This document shows positions 8,966-18,590 of a stretch of 37,840 nt of DNA, piece by piece. The DNA is from a virus. The stretch is from UHGV virus genome UHGV-0090851, one strand, 5' to 3'. Position numbers and translations under genes: made by a program. Every line of letters begins with the position of its first letter. Position 1 is the first letter of the stretch. The notes beneath the pieces are model-generated. The model was given only the letters and a program-made list of their open reading frames with translations. It was not told the DNA's origin and did no database searches.

Positions 8966-10867
8966 TTATCGTCTGAATGGAGAATACCCCACATCGTGCG
9001 TGATTTTCATCAGGGGATCGGCTTTGCCCGGTACATCAATTATCTTCATACCTGGCGGAGCATTCTCGAACGTGACTTTCAGCTCGCTGTGCTGTGTCAT
9101 GGAAGAAGATGGATTCAACAGCGGAACATTGGGTTTGTACTGACTCAGGCTGGCCTGATACTGCTCGTACTCTTTACGATCAAAAAAAGGCGTCCAGTCT
9201 GAAGCCAGAAACAGCCCTTTATTATCCAGCCAGTTAACCGTATCTTCAGGAATAACACTTTCCAGAGTATCTTTAACCGGCTCATACATCAGGGTTCCCA
9301 GAAAACCATATACCCCGGCCTTCCCGATAAAGCCGCGGCCTTTCCCCATCAATCCCGTTTCTGCCGATACCTTCCCCAGCGTACGCATCTCTCTGGTCAC
9401 TGCGGTAATGGATTTGGTAACGTCAGCAACCCATTTGGTTGCCATAAACAGGGCAATCGCTTTCAGAACAGTTTCCCATCCCCCCATCGCCTGCGCCGTT
9501 TCATCCACCACGTGCCAGACTTTTTTTATGACAGGACCTACGGTTTCCCAGTTATCAATAATGAGGTAAGCGCCACCAACCAGAAGAGCAATCAACCCCT
9601 TAGCAGGCGTCATATTCATCACACCGCCGAGAACTTTCATAATTCTGGACAAAGAGCCTGCAGCGGCTCCCACCGTCAGTAAGGCCAGACCGATTTTAGC
9701 AATGGTCTTAACGAGCTCCGGGTTTTCACGAACAAACGTTCTCACTTCCTCAAGGAGCGGTTTTACCGCTTCAAGACCATCATTAACCTCAGGAAGAAAC
9801 GTTTCCCCCAGCGTGGAAGAAATGGCATCAAGTTGATTTTGCAGAAGTAAAAGCTGGTTTTCCGTCGTCGCTGCCCTCGAAGCATATTCCTTCTGCATCG
9901 AACTGCCATACTGCTGGGAATCCGCAACCCGCCTGAAGTTGGTACGCAACAAATCAAGGTTAGTCAGCAGAGGTGCTATCGCGCCCAGAGACTCTTTCCC
10001 GAACAGGGCATTCAGCACAGCTGCCTGTTTTTCTTTAGGCACTTTAGCCATCGCATCCAGTACAGACAGCATGGTGCCCCGGGCATCTTTCTGCATATCA
10101 GCAGCTAATTTCTTCGGATTGATCCGCAGAAAACGCAATGCCTGTTTCTGCGATTTTGTCGCAGAATTTCCCGCGGTCAGGGAAAGCATGAAGTTCTTGA
10201 TCCCTGTGGCGGCAATTTCTGACTCCACGCCCATCCCGGCAATGGTTGCCCCCATTGCCGCGATTTCGCCGGAAGCCACACCTGCAACACCACCTAAAGG
10301 ACCAATACGCGTAACAATATCGGAGATTTTCTTCGCGTTCGCCGGGCCGGTATTACCAAGGTAGTTGATTTTGTCAGCCAGCCCGGCCACTTCATCCTGC
10401 GTCATATTAAACGCAGTACGCCACTGGGCCATCATCTGCCCGGACTCTTCAGCCGTGGTATCAAAGGCCACGCCCATCTTCACCGCATCAGTGGCAAACT
10501 GCATCAGTTCATCACGTGCAATCCCGGCCTGACCGCCAGCCGCCACAATTTCCGCGATCCCGTCTGCAGACATGGGAAGCTCAGTAGACAAAGCGCGTAC
10601 CTGCTCCGTCATGGCCTTAAACGCATCCGGCGTATCCAGACCGTCCACCACTTTGCGGACATCAGCCATCTTCGATTCAAGGGTGATGGCTGATTTTACA
10701 GGGAGTGCCAGTGCCCCCATTATTGCAGTACCCGCCCCGGCAGCGCCCAGAGCAAGGCTGGAGACTTCTTTCTGAAATCCCTTAAGCTGACGCTGCATAC
10801 CTTTAAGCGGGCCGGACAGCCTGTCAACAGCGGTGATGATGGCTTTCAGCTGAAAATTATCAGCCAT
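8966..10867 (-). CDS. Tail tape measure protein
   Basis: 633 aa, Ala/Gly-rich, with predicted helical and hydrophobic segments; located after the chaperone pair; ATG verified at 10865-10867. Confidence 0.85.
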   Translation of the reverse strand: MADNFQLKAIITAVDRLSGPLKGMQRQLKGFQKEVSSLALGAAGAGTAIMGALALPVKSAITLESKMADVRKVVDGLDTPDAFKAMTEQVRALSTELPMSADGIAEIVAAGGQAGIARDELMQFATDAVKMGVAFDTTAEESGQMMAQWRTAFNMTQDEVAGLADKINYLGNTGPANAKKISDIVTRIGPLGGVAGVASGEIAAMGATIAGMGVESEIAATGIKNFMLSLTAGNSATKSQKQALRFLRINPKKLAADMQKDARGTMLSVLDAMAKVPKEKQAAVLNALFGKESLGAIAPLLTNLDLLRTNFRRVADSQQYGSSMQKEYASRAATTENQLLLLQNQLDAISSTLGETFLPEVNDGLEAVKPLLEEVRTFVRENPELVKTIAKIGLALLTVGAAAGSLSRIMKVLGGVMNMTPAKGLIALLVGGAYLIIDNWETVGPVIKKVWHVVDETAQAMGGWETVLKAIALFMATKWVADVTKSITAVTREMRTLGKVSAETGLMGKGRGFIGKAGVYGFLGTLMYEPVKDTLESVIPEDTVNWLDNKGLFLASDWTPFFDRKEYEQYQASLSQYKPNVPLLNPSSSMTQHSELKVTFENAPPGMKIIDVPGKADPLMKITHDVGYSPFRR

Positions 10868-11275
10868 GCTTCATCTCCTCATTTATACGGACAGCCTCTG
10901 CCTCCAGATCAGCAAAGTGGGAAATAGCCGTCCGGCGAAGTTCAAGGGGGTTTAATTTCCAGAACCACGCGACATTGTAGAATCGCTTCCGGAGCTCTCT
11001 TCCGTCTCCAAGCCGGTAAAAAAACGCATTACAATCATGCCTGCCTTGAAAATATCCAGCTTCGTCATCTGCGCTGCAGACGAGCGCGGGATCCCGGCCA
11101 GAAGCGGGATATATTTCAGCGCCACCTGACTGTCCATTTTCATACCACCATCAGGCGAAACAGAGAAAGGGAACCCCAGCGCCTCAATCTCGTCATACGT
11201 AGGCTCACGTATTTCCAGCACATGCAGTGTTTCTTTGTGGGCGATGATCGGTTTTTTAAGTACAAGCTCAATCAC
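10860..11275 (-). CDS. Tail assembly chaperone, putative -1 frameshift-extended product
   Basis: After slippage at T_TTT_TTT (plus-strand 11018-11024) the -1 frame stays open for 52 codons and stops at a TGA overlapping the tape-measure start codon. Confidence 0.45.
10952..11275 (-). CDS. Tail assembly chaperone (zero-frame product)
   Basis: 107 aa between tube and tape measure; GTG start overlapping the tube stop (GTGA); contains slippery heptamer T_TTT_TTT. Confidence 0.6.
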   Translation of the reverse strand: MIELVLKKPIIAHKETLHVLEIREPTYDEIEALGFPFSVSPDGGMKMDSQVALKYIPLLAGIPRSSAAQMTKLDIFKAGMIVMRFFTGLETEESSGSDSTMSRGSGN

Positions 11276-11628
11276 TGGTAATCCCCTTCTTCACCGTGGA
11301 ACTCAAGATCAACCGTGCCTTCTTCGGCATTATGGTTCGCTTCTCCGTGCAGCCAGGCGGACGACAATACATAGACCTGACCGTTCGCCAGCTCGGCAGT
11401 GATGGTCATCTCATCAGACGAGGTGATTTTGCTCACCGGAAAATTCTTCGGCACCTTGAAGGTCCCTTTGACATAAGGCGCACGGTGAGTTTCCTTGCGG
11501 TCCACTGAACCGTCCAGACCGATGATGTCATCGTTAACCGTTTTGTTCATGGGCACCTCAATGCCGCCGGTCAGCGATAGCTGCTGACCGTCAATTTTGA
11601 AATAACAGGTTCCCCCGATACGGGCCAT
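11272..11628 (-). CDS. Tail tube protein
   Basis: 118 aa directly downstream of the sheath gene; ATG verified. Confidence 0.75.
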   Translation of the reverse strand: MARIGGTCYFKIDGQQLSLTGGIEVPMNKTVNDDIIGLDGSVDRKETHRAPYVKGTFKVPKNFPVSKITSSDEMTITAELANGQVYVLSSAWLHGEANHNAEEGTVDLEFHGEEGDYQ

Positions 11629-13124
11629 TATGCAGACTCCTCTGAATACTGAAGACGGAACTGGTTAACCACGGCAAAGACACGCAACTGGTTAACATAG
11701 TCAGGCGGGAACAGCGTGTTCAGGCGGTTCGGATCGCTGGCATCACGCTCCACAATCAGGTACTGCTTGAACAGTTCGTAGTTTTCCACGATCCCCGCAC
11801 GCTCGAGCTGACGGTAGGTTGCCAGCAGTTCCCCTTTGATCACCGCCGGGGTGACAATCGCCTGACCGGGACCAAAGCGGGTACCGTCGCTGGCAAGCTT
11901 GTGACGCCCGTACTTACTGGTAATGACGGATTTCAGTTTGCGCAGTACATACGCACTGGTATGCAGCGTCTCGCTGTCGAGGTAGCTGTTATCCGCAACC
12001 CCGTAAGCGTTTTTCCTGTACGTGGTGACATCACGCTGAATGCGCAGTACCCCGCTTTCGACATACGCCGTTGCCACGCCATGAGACAGCAGGGTCTGTT
12101 GTTCGGTCATCGTGAACCGTTTCCCCTTCGGCGCAGGCAGCATACCCACCAGCTCACCGGTCTGCGTGGAACGTGCCGGATCGTTGCGGATAAACACCGC
12201 TGCGCGGGCGGTACGGCTTGCCGCCAGCTCGTCGGCAGGCGTCTGGGTCTCTTTTTCGTACCCCGCCAGGGTAATGTGCTGCTGGTTAAACTGGTCACCT
12301 GCGGTCACCAGTTCTGACAGCGTGCCGATCTTTGCCGTATACACATGACCATACAGCTGACGCGCATAGCTCCAGCGACCGCTGGTATCGTTCATCTCGG
12401 TCACCAGCGTGTTAACGGAGGCTGTGTCGTTGAACGGCAGGCCGATATAATCAAACGGCTCATCCGCCATTGCAGCCACCGCGCCGGTGAGAACAGGAGC
12501 GCCCGTTCCGGCGGTACCCGTCGCCACGGCAATCTGTACGCCCGCTGGCAGCACTTCGCCCCCACCAAAGCCGTAGTAATTGAGGCTGACAGGAATTTCA
12601 TTCCCGCAAAGCCCCTTATGACGCGCGGTCAGTGTGACCACGCCTGCCGAAGATGAAGCCGTAAACGGCAGGGTCGGAACGGCATTGATGGCATCCTGGA
12701 TACTGCTGGCAATCGTCGCAACGTTATCGCCGTTGGTCACCGGTGCCTGCACGCGGGTACGTCCCACATAAACATTCACCGTGCCGGTTTCGGTTGCCGC
12801 GCCGGTCACCGTCAGCGTAACCGTTGCCGCCGCGCCCGTGGATTCAGGAACGGCAATCACATACAGCTCGCCAAACGGGTCGGTCTGGCGATAAGCCTCG
12901 ACCATACGCGCCAGCTGACTTCCCGCACCACAAATCTGGCGTGCATAGTCTGCCGACGGCATCAGTACCAGACTGTTGGCAACAATCTCCGCACCGTTAT
13001 TGGCATGACCAATCAGCAGCGATGCTCCGCTGTCCTGTGCAGTATTCGCCGCCTGATTATCCATTTCCGCATAAAACAGCGGAACCAGCGTATTCGACGG
13101 AATGGTGTTAAAGCTTATCGTCAT
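11628..13124 (-). CDS. Contractile tail sheath protein
   Basis: 498 aa; sheath family features; sheath then tube order. Confidence 0.88.
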   Translation of the reverse strand: MTISFNTIPSNTLVPLFYAEMDNQAANTAQDSGASLLIGHANNGAEIVANSLVLMPSADYARQICGAGSQLARMVEAYRQTDPFGELYVIAVPESTGAAATVTLTVTGAATETGTVNVYVGRTRVQAPVTNGDNVATIASSIQDAINAVPTLPFTASSSAGVVTLTARHKGLCGNEIPVSLNYYGFGGGEVLPAGVQIAVATGTAGTGAPVLTGAVAAMADEPFDYIGLPFNDTASVNTLVTEMNDTSGRWSYARQLYGHVYTAKIGTLSELVTAGDQFNQQHITLAGYEKETQTPADELAASRTARAAVFIRNDPARSTQTGELVGMLPAPKGKRFTMTEQQTLLSHGVATAYVESGVLRIQRDVTTYRKNAYGVADNSYLDSETLHTSAYVLRKLKSVITSKYGRHKLASDGTRFGPGQAIVTPAVIKGELLATYRQLERAGIVENYELFKQYLIVERDASDPNRLNTLFPPDYVNQLRVFAVVNQFRLQYSEESA

Positions 13125-13278
13125 CGGTGTTCACCTTTTTATTCACGCGCCGGATATCACCCGCTACTTCACGGCGCAGCCAGTAGTTGTTCTCGTCAAC
13201 ATTTCGCCCTTCGGCGGGCAAAAGGTCGCCGCGGGCAGGGTCAGGAACTGACCGCCCTTTAACAGGTTTGACAAACAT
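13108..13278 (-). CDS. Small hypothetical protein upstream of and overlapping the sheath gene start
   Basis: 56 aa ORF missed by the >=60 aa track: ATG at 13276-13278 with SD GAGGA 7 nt upstream; MFVKPVKGRSVPDPARGDLL...; fills an otherwise non-coding 160-bp gap. Confidence 0.35.
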   Translation of the reverse strand: MFVKPVKGRSVPDPARGDLLPAEGRNVDENNYWLRREVAGDIRRVNKKVNTDDDKL

Positions 13279-13286
13279 GAGGATCC

Positions 13287-13847
13287 TCAGGAAGGAAGGG
13301 TTATTTCGGTGTGATGTTCGATATCGCCGTCAGGCCCGTTACCGGGCTCGAGATAATCAACATCAATCGCCAGCGTTTGCAGTTCATCCAGACTGTTCAG
13401 ATCATCCTGCTGGCGGGTATCGTCTTCAGTCAGCTCGCTGATGACCGAAAAATCGAACTGATAAATCAGCTCATGACGATTCAGATCCAGCAGCGTGCCG
13501 CCGTCATAGGTAATCGGGTTACCGCACGCTTCCGGGTTCCAGCCCAGCAGGGCCTTAAAGAGCATCTGCCGGACATCGTCCACCACATCATACGAGGCAA
13601 ACTGACCGCGCTCATCACGCCCGTTACTCAGTATGACAACCACGGAGAAGCCCTCTTTCAGCTCCTGCCAGTAGTCGGTCTGGCTTTTGTTTTCTCCCGG
13701 AGAGTCATCACCCGGTACCACATACGCCGCCGGGAGTCTCAGCTTTCCGACCTCCGGCAGATTTTTGAACTGTGCCGCGCCTGCCACCCGGTTTTCAAAA
13801 TACGGGCAGCGGGCACGCAGCGCAGCAATAACAGGCGTCAGTTTCAT
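13287..13847 (-). CDS. Putative tail completion / neck protein
   Basis: 186 aa ORF between head-tail joining genes and sheath; assignment by position only. Confidence 0.45.
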   Translation of the reverse strand: MKLTPVIAALRARCPYFENRVAGAAQFKNLPEVGKLRLPAAYVVPGDDSPGENKSQTDYWQELKEGFSVVVILSNGRDERGQFASYDVVDDVRQMLFKALLGWNPEACGNPITYDGGTLLDLNRHELIYQFDFSVISELTEDDTRQQDDLNSLDELQTLAIDVDYLEPGNGPDGDIEHHTEITLPS

Positions 13848-14350
13848 CTGTGTCGTCGCTCCGGCTTCAGTGATTTACGCAATTCCCGCGCCAGAAAATA
13901 GCGTGTCCAGCTGCGGTTCTTTTCAAGAGTTTCCACCATGAAGTTATTACGTGGAGCCAGTCGCCAGCCGCTGCCACCGGATGCACCACGATGATGACTA
14001 CGACGACGTTTTGCTCCTCCCCGGACACCAAAAAACAGAAATGCCGGATAGAAGTCACCAGAGATCATCCGGTTCCCCTTCCCGTTGCGCTGGTTAGGGG
14101 CAATGCGTGTCATAAAACCGGCTCGCTTTTTACTGGCTCTCGGCACCATATAACCAATCGAACGAGCCAGGCGTCCGGTCTGATAACCGGGGTTTTCACC
14201 TGGTGCCGACCGCGCACGGCGCATCACCAGCCGACGGGCATCACGCATATGACGCTGCCCAATCGTGACAAACGCCCGCCGGACACGGGCGCGGTTAAAG
14301 CGCATCTCGGCGGGCTGCTGAACATCAACGTGAAAAAAGGGAGTCGCCAT
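13844..14350 (-). CDS. Putative virion morphogenesis / neck protein
   Basis: 168 aa, very basic; position in head-tail joining cluster. Confidence 0.45.
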   Translation of the reverse strand: MATPFFHVDVQQPAEMRFNRARVRRAFVTIGQRHMRDARRLVMRRARSAPGENPGYQTGRLARSIGYMVPRASKKRAGFMTRIAPNQRNGKGNRMISGDFYPAFLFFGVRGGAKRRRSHHRGASGGSGWRLAPRNNFMVETLEKNRSWTRYFLARELRKSLKPERRHR

Positions 14351-14735
14351 TGCTGCCTCCGTGACTCTGCCTGCATTCGCCCAGCTCCGTACACTCCAGC
14401 AGCAGAAAGCGCCGCGCCCCGTTCAGATCACGCTGACGTTTCACCCGGTACACACTGTCATCACAGACCACCTCATAATCAGCAGTGATCCCCCGGCGGT
14501 AACGAATGGTGATGTAATGGGTGATGGCGTCCCCGGTCTGCGCGGTTTCCTGCCAGGTGGTGGCACTGGTCTGGATAACCTTCGCCCATGCCCGGAACGT
14601 AACCGGGTATTGAGGCTCCACGCCAAAGTTATCCGCGGGCATATCCACCCGCTGGCGGATCAGGACGCGTTTATTCAGTTCACCGGGGTCCGGCAGAATG
14701 TAGGTTGCGCTGGTCTGCGCCTGACGAATTTTCAT
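14325..14735 (-). CDS. Head-tail adaptor / head closure protein
   Basis: 136 aa; synteny downstream of the connector gene. Confidence 0.5.
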   Translation of the reverse strand: MKIRQAQTSATYILPDPGELNKRVLIRQRVDMPADNFGVEPQYPVTFRAWAKVIQTSATTWQETAQTGDAITHYITIRYRRGITADYEVVCDDSVYRVKRQRDLNGARRFLLLECTELGECRQSHGGSNGDSLFSR

Positions 14736-15055
14736 TGCGGAAAGTACCTGTACGGGCCGACAAGCCAGCCAAAACTCTGCGGCATGTCGAGTTTCTCCAC
14801 TTCCGTAACCGACGAGCGGTTTTCGTAAAAATGGCTGATAAGCATCAGCATCCCCAGACGAATATCATCCGGCAGGTGCAGCCCGTCCGGATCGCTGTCC
14901 GGAATGGTTTCATCCGGTGCATAGAGCTTCCGGTTCAGATACGTTTCCGTCCGCTTTTGCGCCGCACAGGCCAGCAGTTGCAGATGGCGGTCATCAGCAT
15001 CGAAATCCTCATCCAGCCGGAGTTGGGCTTTAATCTCTTCCATTGTCAGAAGCAT
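14732..15055 (-). CDS. Head-tail connector protein (gp6-like)
   Basis: 107 aa; typical size and acidic character; follows the capsid genes. Confidence 0.55.
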   Translation of the reverse strand: MLLTMEEIKAQLRLDEDFDADDRHLQLLACAAQKRTETYLNRKLYAPDETIPDSDPDGLHLPDDIRLGMLMLISHFYENRSSVTEVEKLDMPQSFGWLVGPYRYFPQ

Positions 15056-15057
15056 AC

Positions 15058-15258
15058 TCAGCCCTCTTTACTGGTCGTGGCTTTTTTCTCTTTTGCCGCT
15101 TTACTGCTTTTTGCACTGGTTCCGCGCTCTGCTAACCCGGCCTGAAGTGCAATCTCCTGCACCCGGGCAGGAAGCGCCCCGTCGTCATACTCACCGGCCC
15201 GAATGACCTCAACACGCATACCGTCCGGTGACCATTTCAGATCTTGTTTCAGGATCAT
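15058..15258 (-). CDS. Small hypothetical head-module protein
   Basis: 66 aa, ATG verified; Lys/Ala-rich C-terminus; lies between capsid and connector. Confidence 0.4.
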   Translation of the reverse strand: MILKQDLKWSPDGMRVEVIRAGEYDDGALPARVQEIALQAGLAERGTSAKSSKAAKEKKATTSKEG

Positions 15259-15307
15259 GATTCTTCACCCGTCAGAACAGGGGGCGCGGTTCCACGCCCC
15301 TGAGTGA

Positions 15308-16513
15308 TTACGCCGCTGCAATCTTCAGCAGTTTGATGGCCTGCGAATCGACCAGCATCCCGCCGGTGCGCTTGGTGGTATAAAAACCGACAAACGGTTT
15401 ATTGGTGTACGGGTCACGCAGAATGCGGGTGCCGATACGGTCAACGATGGTGTAACCCCGTTTGAAGTTACCAAATGCAATGGCTTTCGCATCAGCGGCG
15501 ATATCCGGCATCTGTTCGTTTTCAGCGATACCGTAACCCGCCAGAGAGGACGGCTGCCCCAGTTCCAGCCCCGGACGCCACAGATAGTTACCCTCGGTGT
15601 CTTTCAGCAGACGGATGGCAAACAGGCTGTTGTTGTTCATCATGAACTTCGCGCCAGTGCGGTGTGCCTTACGCAGCGTGTAAATCAGTTTGATAATGGC
15701 GTCTGCAGTCACCGCGGTCGCTTCGCCGGATACAATATGCTGAAGTTTGCCGAACGCCCGGACCTTGTCGGTTTCATCAGTGGATTCATACGCCAGGAAC
15801 CCTTTCGGCTTCTTGGTGCCATCGCCTGAGGTAAAGGCAATTTCTTCCTGTTCGGCAAATTCGGTTGCCAGCTCGCTGTTGATCCAGGCCTCCACGTTGA
15901 AGAAGGCATCGTCCAGCATTTTCTGGGTAGCCTGCGGGTTGCCGTAGATTTCCCCCATGAGAGGTTCAATCAGCTCCAGTCTGGAGGTGGCAGTCTGGGA
16001 TCGCGTATCCGTTTCCCCCACCCATCCGGAAGCCGTACCGCCCAGATTCACCAGTTTTTTGTAGTCGGAACCGCCAACGGTGATCACCGTGGCTTCCTGA
16101 CGCATCACCACTTCATCTTTCAGCAGGTTAAGAATGTTGCGATCCAGTGCTTCCGGCACGGCGTAGCCACCGTCTTCATCGGTACCCACCTGCAATGCCT
16201 TACGCTCCAGATCGCGCAGACCGTCTTCACGGCCTTTACGCAGGAAGCCCACAAACGCCTCTTTATGCTCGGTGGCCAGTTTATTTTGCGCTCCACCTGC
16301 CGGACGTTTCAGCTCAAGCAGCTCTTTTTCAAGGTCGCTTTTGAGATTTTCCAGCTCGCTGAGTTTCCCGTTCAGGGTTTCCACCTGCCCGGCAAGCTTG
16401 CCTTTTTCCTGCTCAATCGCATCCACGCGCTTGTCGTTCTTTGCTTTGAAGTCGTCAAACTTCTGCTGCAGCTCCTGCGCGACCTGTTCGACATCTTTAA
16501 TATCAACCGCCAT
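15308..16513 (-). CDS. Major capsid protein (HK97 fold)
   Basis: 401 aa with N-terminal coiled-coil delta-like domain followed by capsid domain; preceded by prohead protease and portal. Confidence 0.85.
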   Translation of the reverse strand: MAVDIKDVEQVAQELQQKFDDFKAKNDKRVDAIEQEKGKLAGQVETLNGKLSELENLKSDLEKELLELKRPAGGAQNKLATEHKEAFVGFLRKGREDGLRDLERKALQVGTDEDGGYAVPEALDRNILNLLKDEVVMRQEATVITVGGSDYKKLVNLGGTASGWVGETDTRSQTATSRLELIEPLMGEIYGNPQATQKMLDDAFFNVEAWINSELATEFAEQEEIAFTSGDGTKKPKGFLAYESTDETDKVRAFGKLQHIVSGEATAVTADAIIKLIYTLRKAHRTGAKFMMNNNSLFAIRLLKDTEGNYLWRPGLELGQPSSLAGYGIAENEQMPDIAADAKAIAFGNFKRGYTIVDRIGTRILRDPYTNKPFVGFYTTKRTGGMLVDSQAIKLLKIAAA

Positions 16514-16527
16514 CGTATTTCTCCTGA

Positions 16528-17178
16528 TTAGAAGTTCAGATTTTTCAGTGCATTCAGTGCAGAGCCCACATCCTCAGCGTCGCGCAGGGACAGTGCGCTA
16601 TAGCCCCCGGCCATGAATGCTTTGGCCTGGGTGCGGGAGAGTCCGACATCACGCAGGACTCTTTCGATTTTTTTCTGTTCGGGGATTTCCCCGCGGGCCA
16701 GTGCGTTCTTGACGTCGCTGATCCGCGCCTCGTCGTTAGACGGGAACGTCACCAGGCTGACTTCCCAGAGGTCGATTTCTTTCAGCAGAAAGGCTTCTTT
16801 GCTCCGGTCGTATTCCCAGTCTTTCAGGACGTACCCAATAGAAAGGCCGGTTAACGAACCGGCCTTCATGTGTGCATGTGCGCGTTTTGCGAGGGGATCA
16901 TCATCAATAAGCAACCGTCCCCTGACGTAAAGCCCGACATCGTCTTCCTTCATTTCGGTGTAAACACCGATGGGTTCATCCATGCGGTGCTGCCAGAGCA
17001 GCGCAGGTAACGCTTTTCTGTCACTCCACGCCCGCAGGGAAGCAGCAAATGCCCCGGACATCACCACATCATCGTGGCTGTCCTTTACACCAAAGACGGA
17101 GCCATACCCTTCAAACTCACCGGAGTCACTGACAGATTTCAGACTCAGCGGTACATCAAGACGTTGTTTCGTCTGCAT
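16528..17178 (-). CDS. Prohead protease (HK97-type)
   Basis: Start preferred at ATG 17176-17178 (SD AAGGA); the table's longer ORF begins at 17214 with no SD. Order is portal, protease, capsid. Confidence 0.8.
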   Translation of the reverse strand: MQTKQRLDVPLSLKSVSDSGEFEGYGSVFGVKDSHDDVVMSGAFAASLRAWSDRKALPALLWQHRMDEPIGVYTEMKEDDVGLYVRGRLLIDDDPLAKRAHAHMKAGSLTGLSIGYVLKDWEYDRSKEAFLLKEIDLWEVSLVTFPSNDEARISDVKNALARGEIPEQKKIERVLRDVGLSRTQAKAFMAGGYSALSLRDAEDVGSALNALKNLNF

Positions 17179-18397
17179 TGGCGTTATCCTTCTGCTTACC
17201 GGCTTTACTGCCATCGGAGGGTTTCGTGGTCATGTTCATCGGTGTGAGATAGACATCACCACCGGGACGCGGATTCATATCTTCCAGGTCGCGGCAGTCA
17301 TTGGGAGAGTAAATTCCCCAGTTGATCCCGGTGGCGTAGGCTTCAAAACGGGACTTCATATCCCCGCGCAGTAACGCCCCGGCGTTAAATTTGGCGTAAT
17401 AAACGCCCTGCTTACTTTTTCGTACCAGTCCGGTGTTGATCCGCTGTTCGATGCGGGTCAGATACGGCACCAGTGAATAGTTGATAAATCCCAGCCCCAG
17501 CTCTTCGATATTGTTGAAGGTGGCGCGATCGGTGTTCTGCACCATGTGCAACGGCACCCGGAACAGACGACAGATTTCTTCAAGCTGAAACTTGCGGGTT
17601 TCCAGGAACTGGCTGTCCTCGGCGTTCAGCGCCATCGACTTCCAGTCCAGCCCCATCTCAAGGATCATCGGGCGGTGAGCATTGCCAAGCCCGGTGTGAC
17701 GCTCCTCAAAATCTTTCTTCAGGCGCTCATAAGCCTGATCTGACAGCGTCTGCTCTGTACGCAACACACCCGACGTCACCGCGCCATTGCTGAACAGTCT
17801 GGCCCCGTGCTCTTCGGTCGCAGCTGCCAGCGATATTGCCTCGCGGGCATAGGCGATGGGATTCAGCCCCACCAGTCCGTCCAGCGTCAGCGTGCGCACA
17901 TGCCAGATATCCTCCTGGCTCAGTACATCCGTGGAGCCATCCGGGAATGTGACCTGATAGATCGGCTCCCAGCTACTGTTAAGCTTCGGTACCACACAGC
18001 CGGGATCGACGGGCAGCAGTTCAGCCACTTCGCCAAATGCTTTCACTTTGTAGGCGTAAAAGTTTCCTCGCAGGCACAGACAGGTGACCACCAGCTCCCA
18101 GAACTCCTGCGGCGTCATATAGCCATTGGGATGCGTGGAGATCAGTTTATGCAGACGTTCGCCGGTGGCTCTCTGTTTCAGGCTGCCGTTCAGGTGATAC
18201 AGGTTGCAGGGCAACATCCCGACCGACTCCGCCAGCACCCTGACGCAGGAAAAAACCGCCGTCAGTCGCATGGCCCGCTGGCTGCTGATCTGCTTTCCGG
18301 TATAGGTGTCATATGACAGCCCGATAGCATCCGCCAGCTCTGCTGGCGTGGTCACCGGTGCGTCACTTTTTCGTTGAAATAATCCCGAAAAGAACAC
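17156..18397 (-). CDS. Portal protein
   Basis: 413 aa; GTG start at 18397 with strong SD GGAGG; follows the large terminase. Confidence 0.85.
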   Translation of the reverse strand: MFFSGLFQRKSDAPVTTPAELADAIGLSYDTYTGKQISSQRAMRLTAVFSCVRVLAESVGMLPCNLYHLNGSLKQRATGERLHKLISTHPNGYMTPQEFWELVVTCLCLRGNFYAYKVKAFGEVAELLPVDPGCVVPKLNSSWEPIYQVTFPDGSTDVLSQEDIWHVRTLTLDGLVGLNPIAYAREAISLAAATEEHGARLFSNGAVTSGVLRTEQTLSDQAYERLKKDFEERHTGLGNAHRPMILEMGLDWKSMALNAEDSQFLETRKFQLEEICRLFRVPLHMVQNTDRATFNNIEELGLGFINYSLVPYLTRIEQRINTGLVRKSKQGVYYAKFNAGALLRGDMKSRFEAYATGINWGIYSPNDCRDLEDMNPRPGGDVYLTPMNMTTKPSDGSKAGKQKDNANADETTS

Positions 18398-18579
18398 TAT
18401 TTACCTCCGCCGACAGACGGCTGTGTACGGTTGAGATATCGCGCCACCAGCCACGACCAGAACAGGCACAGCGCCCCGGCAACAACAAACCCCGCCGGGG
18501 GATAAATCAGCCAGGCACCATACGCCAGCAAAAGCGCACCCAGCACGCCCACCAGAGGCGCGAGAATCAGCATGATCAT
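18397..18579 (-). CDS. Small hydrophobic (membrane) protein between terminase and portal
   Basis: 60 aa, almost entirely hydrophobic with two predicted TM segments; ATG with SD GAGGT; its stop overlaps the portal start. Confidence 0.45.
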   Translation of the reverse strand: MIMLILAPLVGVLGALLLAYGAWLIYPPAGFVVAGALCLFWSWLVARYLNRTQPSVGGGK

Positions 18580-18590
18580 AATTACCTCAG

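Noticed and set aside
175-18316. Numerous ORFs on the strand opposite to, or overlapping, the long structural and integrase genes (for example 175..426, 2883..3197, 3122..3520, 7134..7631, 9939..10364, 11901..12317, 13311..13901, 13991..14488, 14361..14828, 16272..16616, 17807..18316)
   Set aside because: They lie wholly inside well-supported genes in other frames, have no SD or conserved motifs, and have skewed composition typical of shadow ORFs in GC-rich coding DNA.
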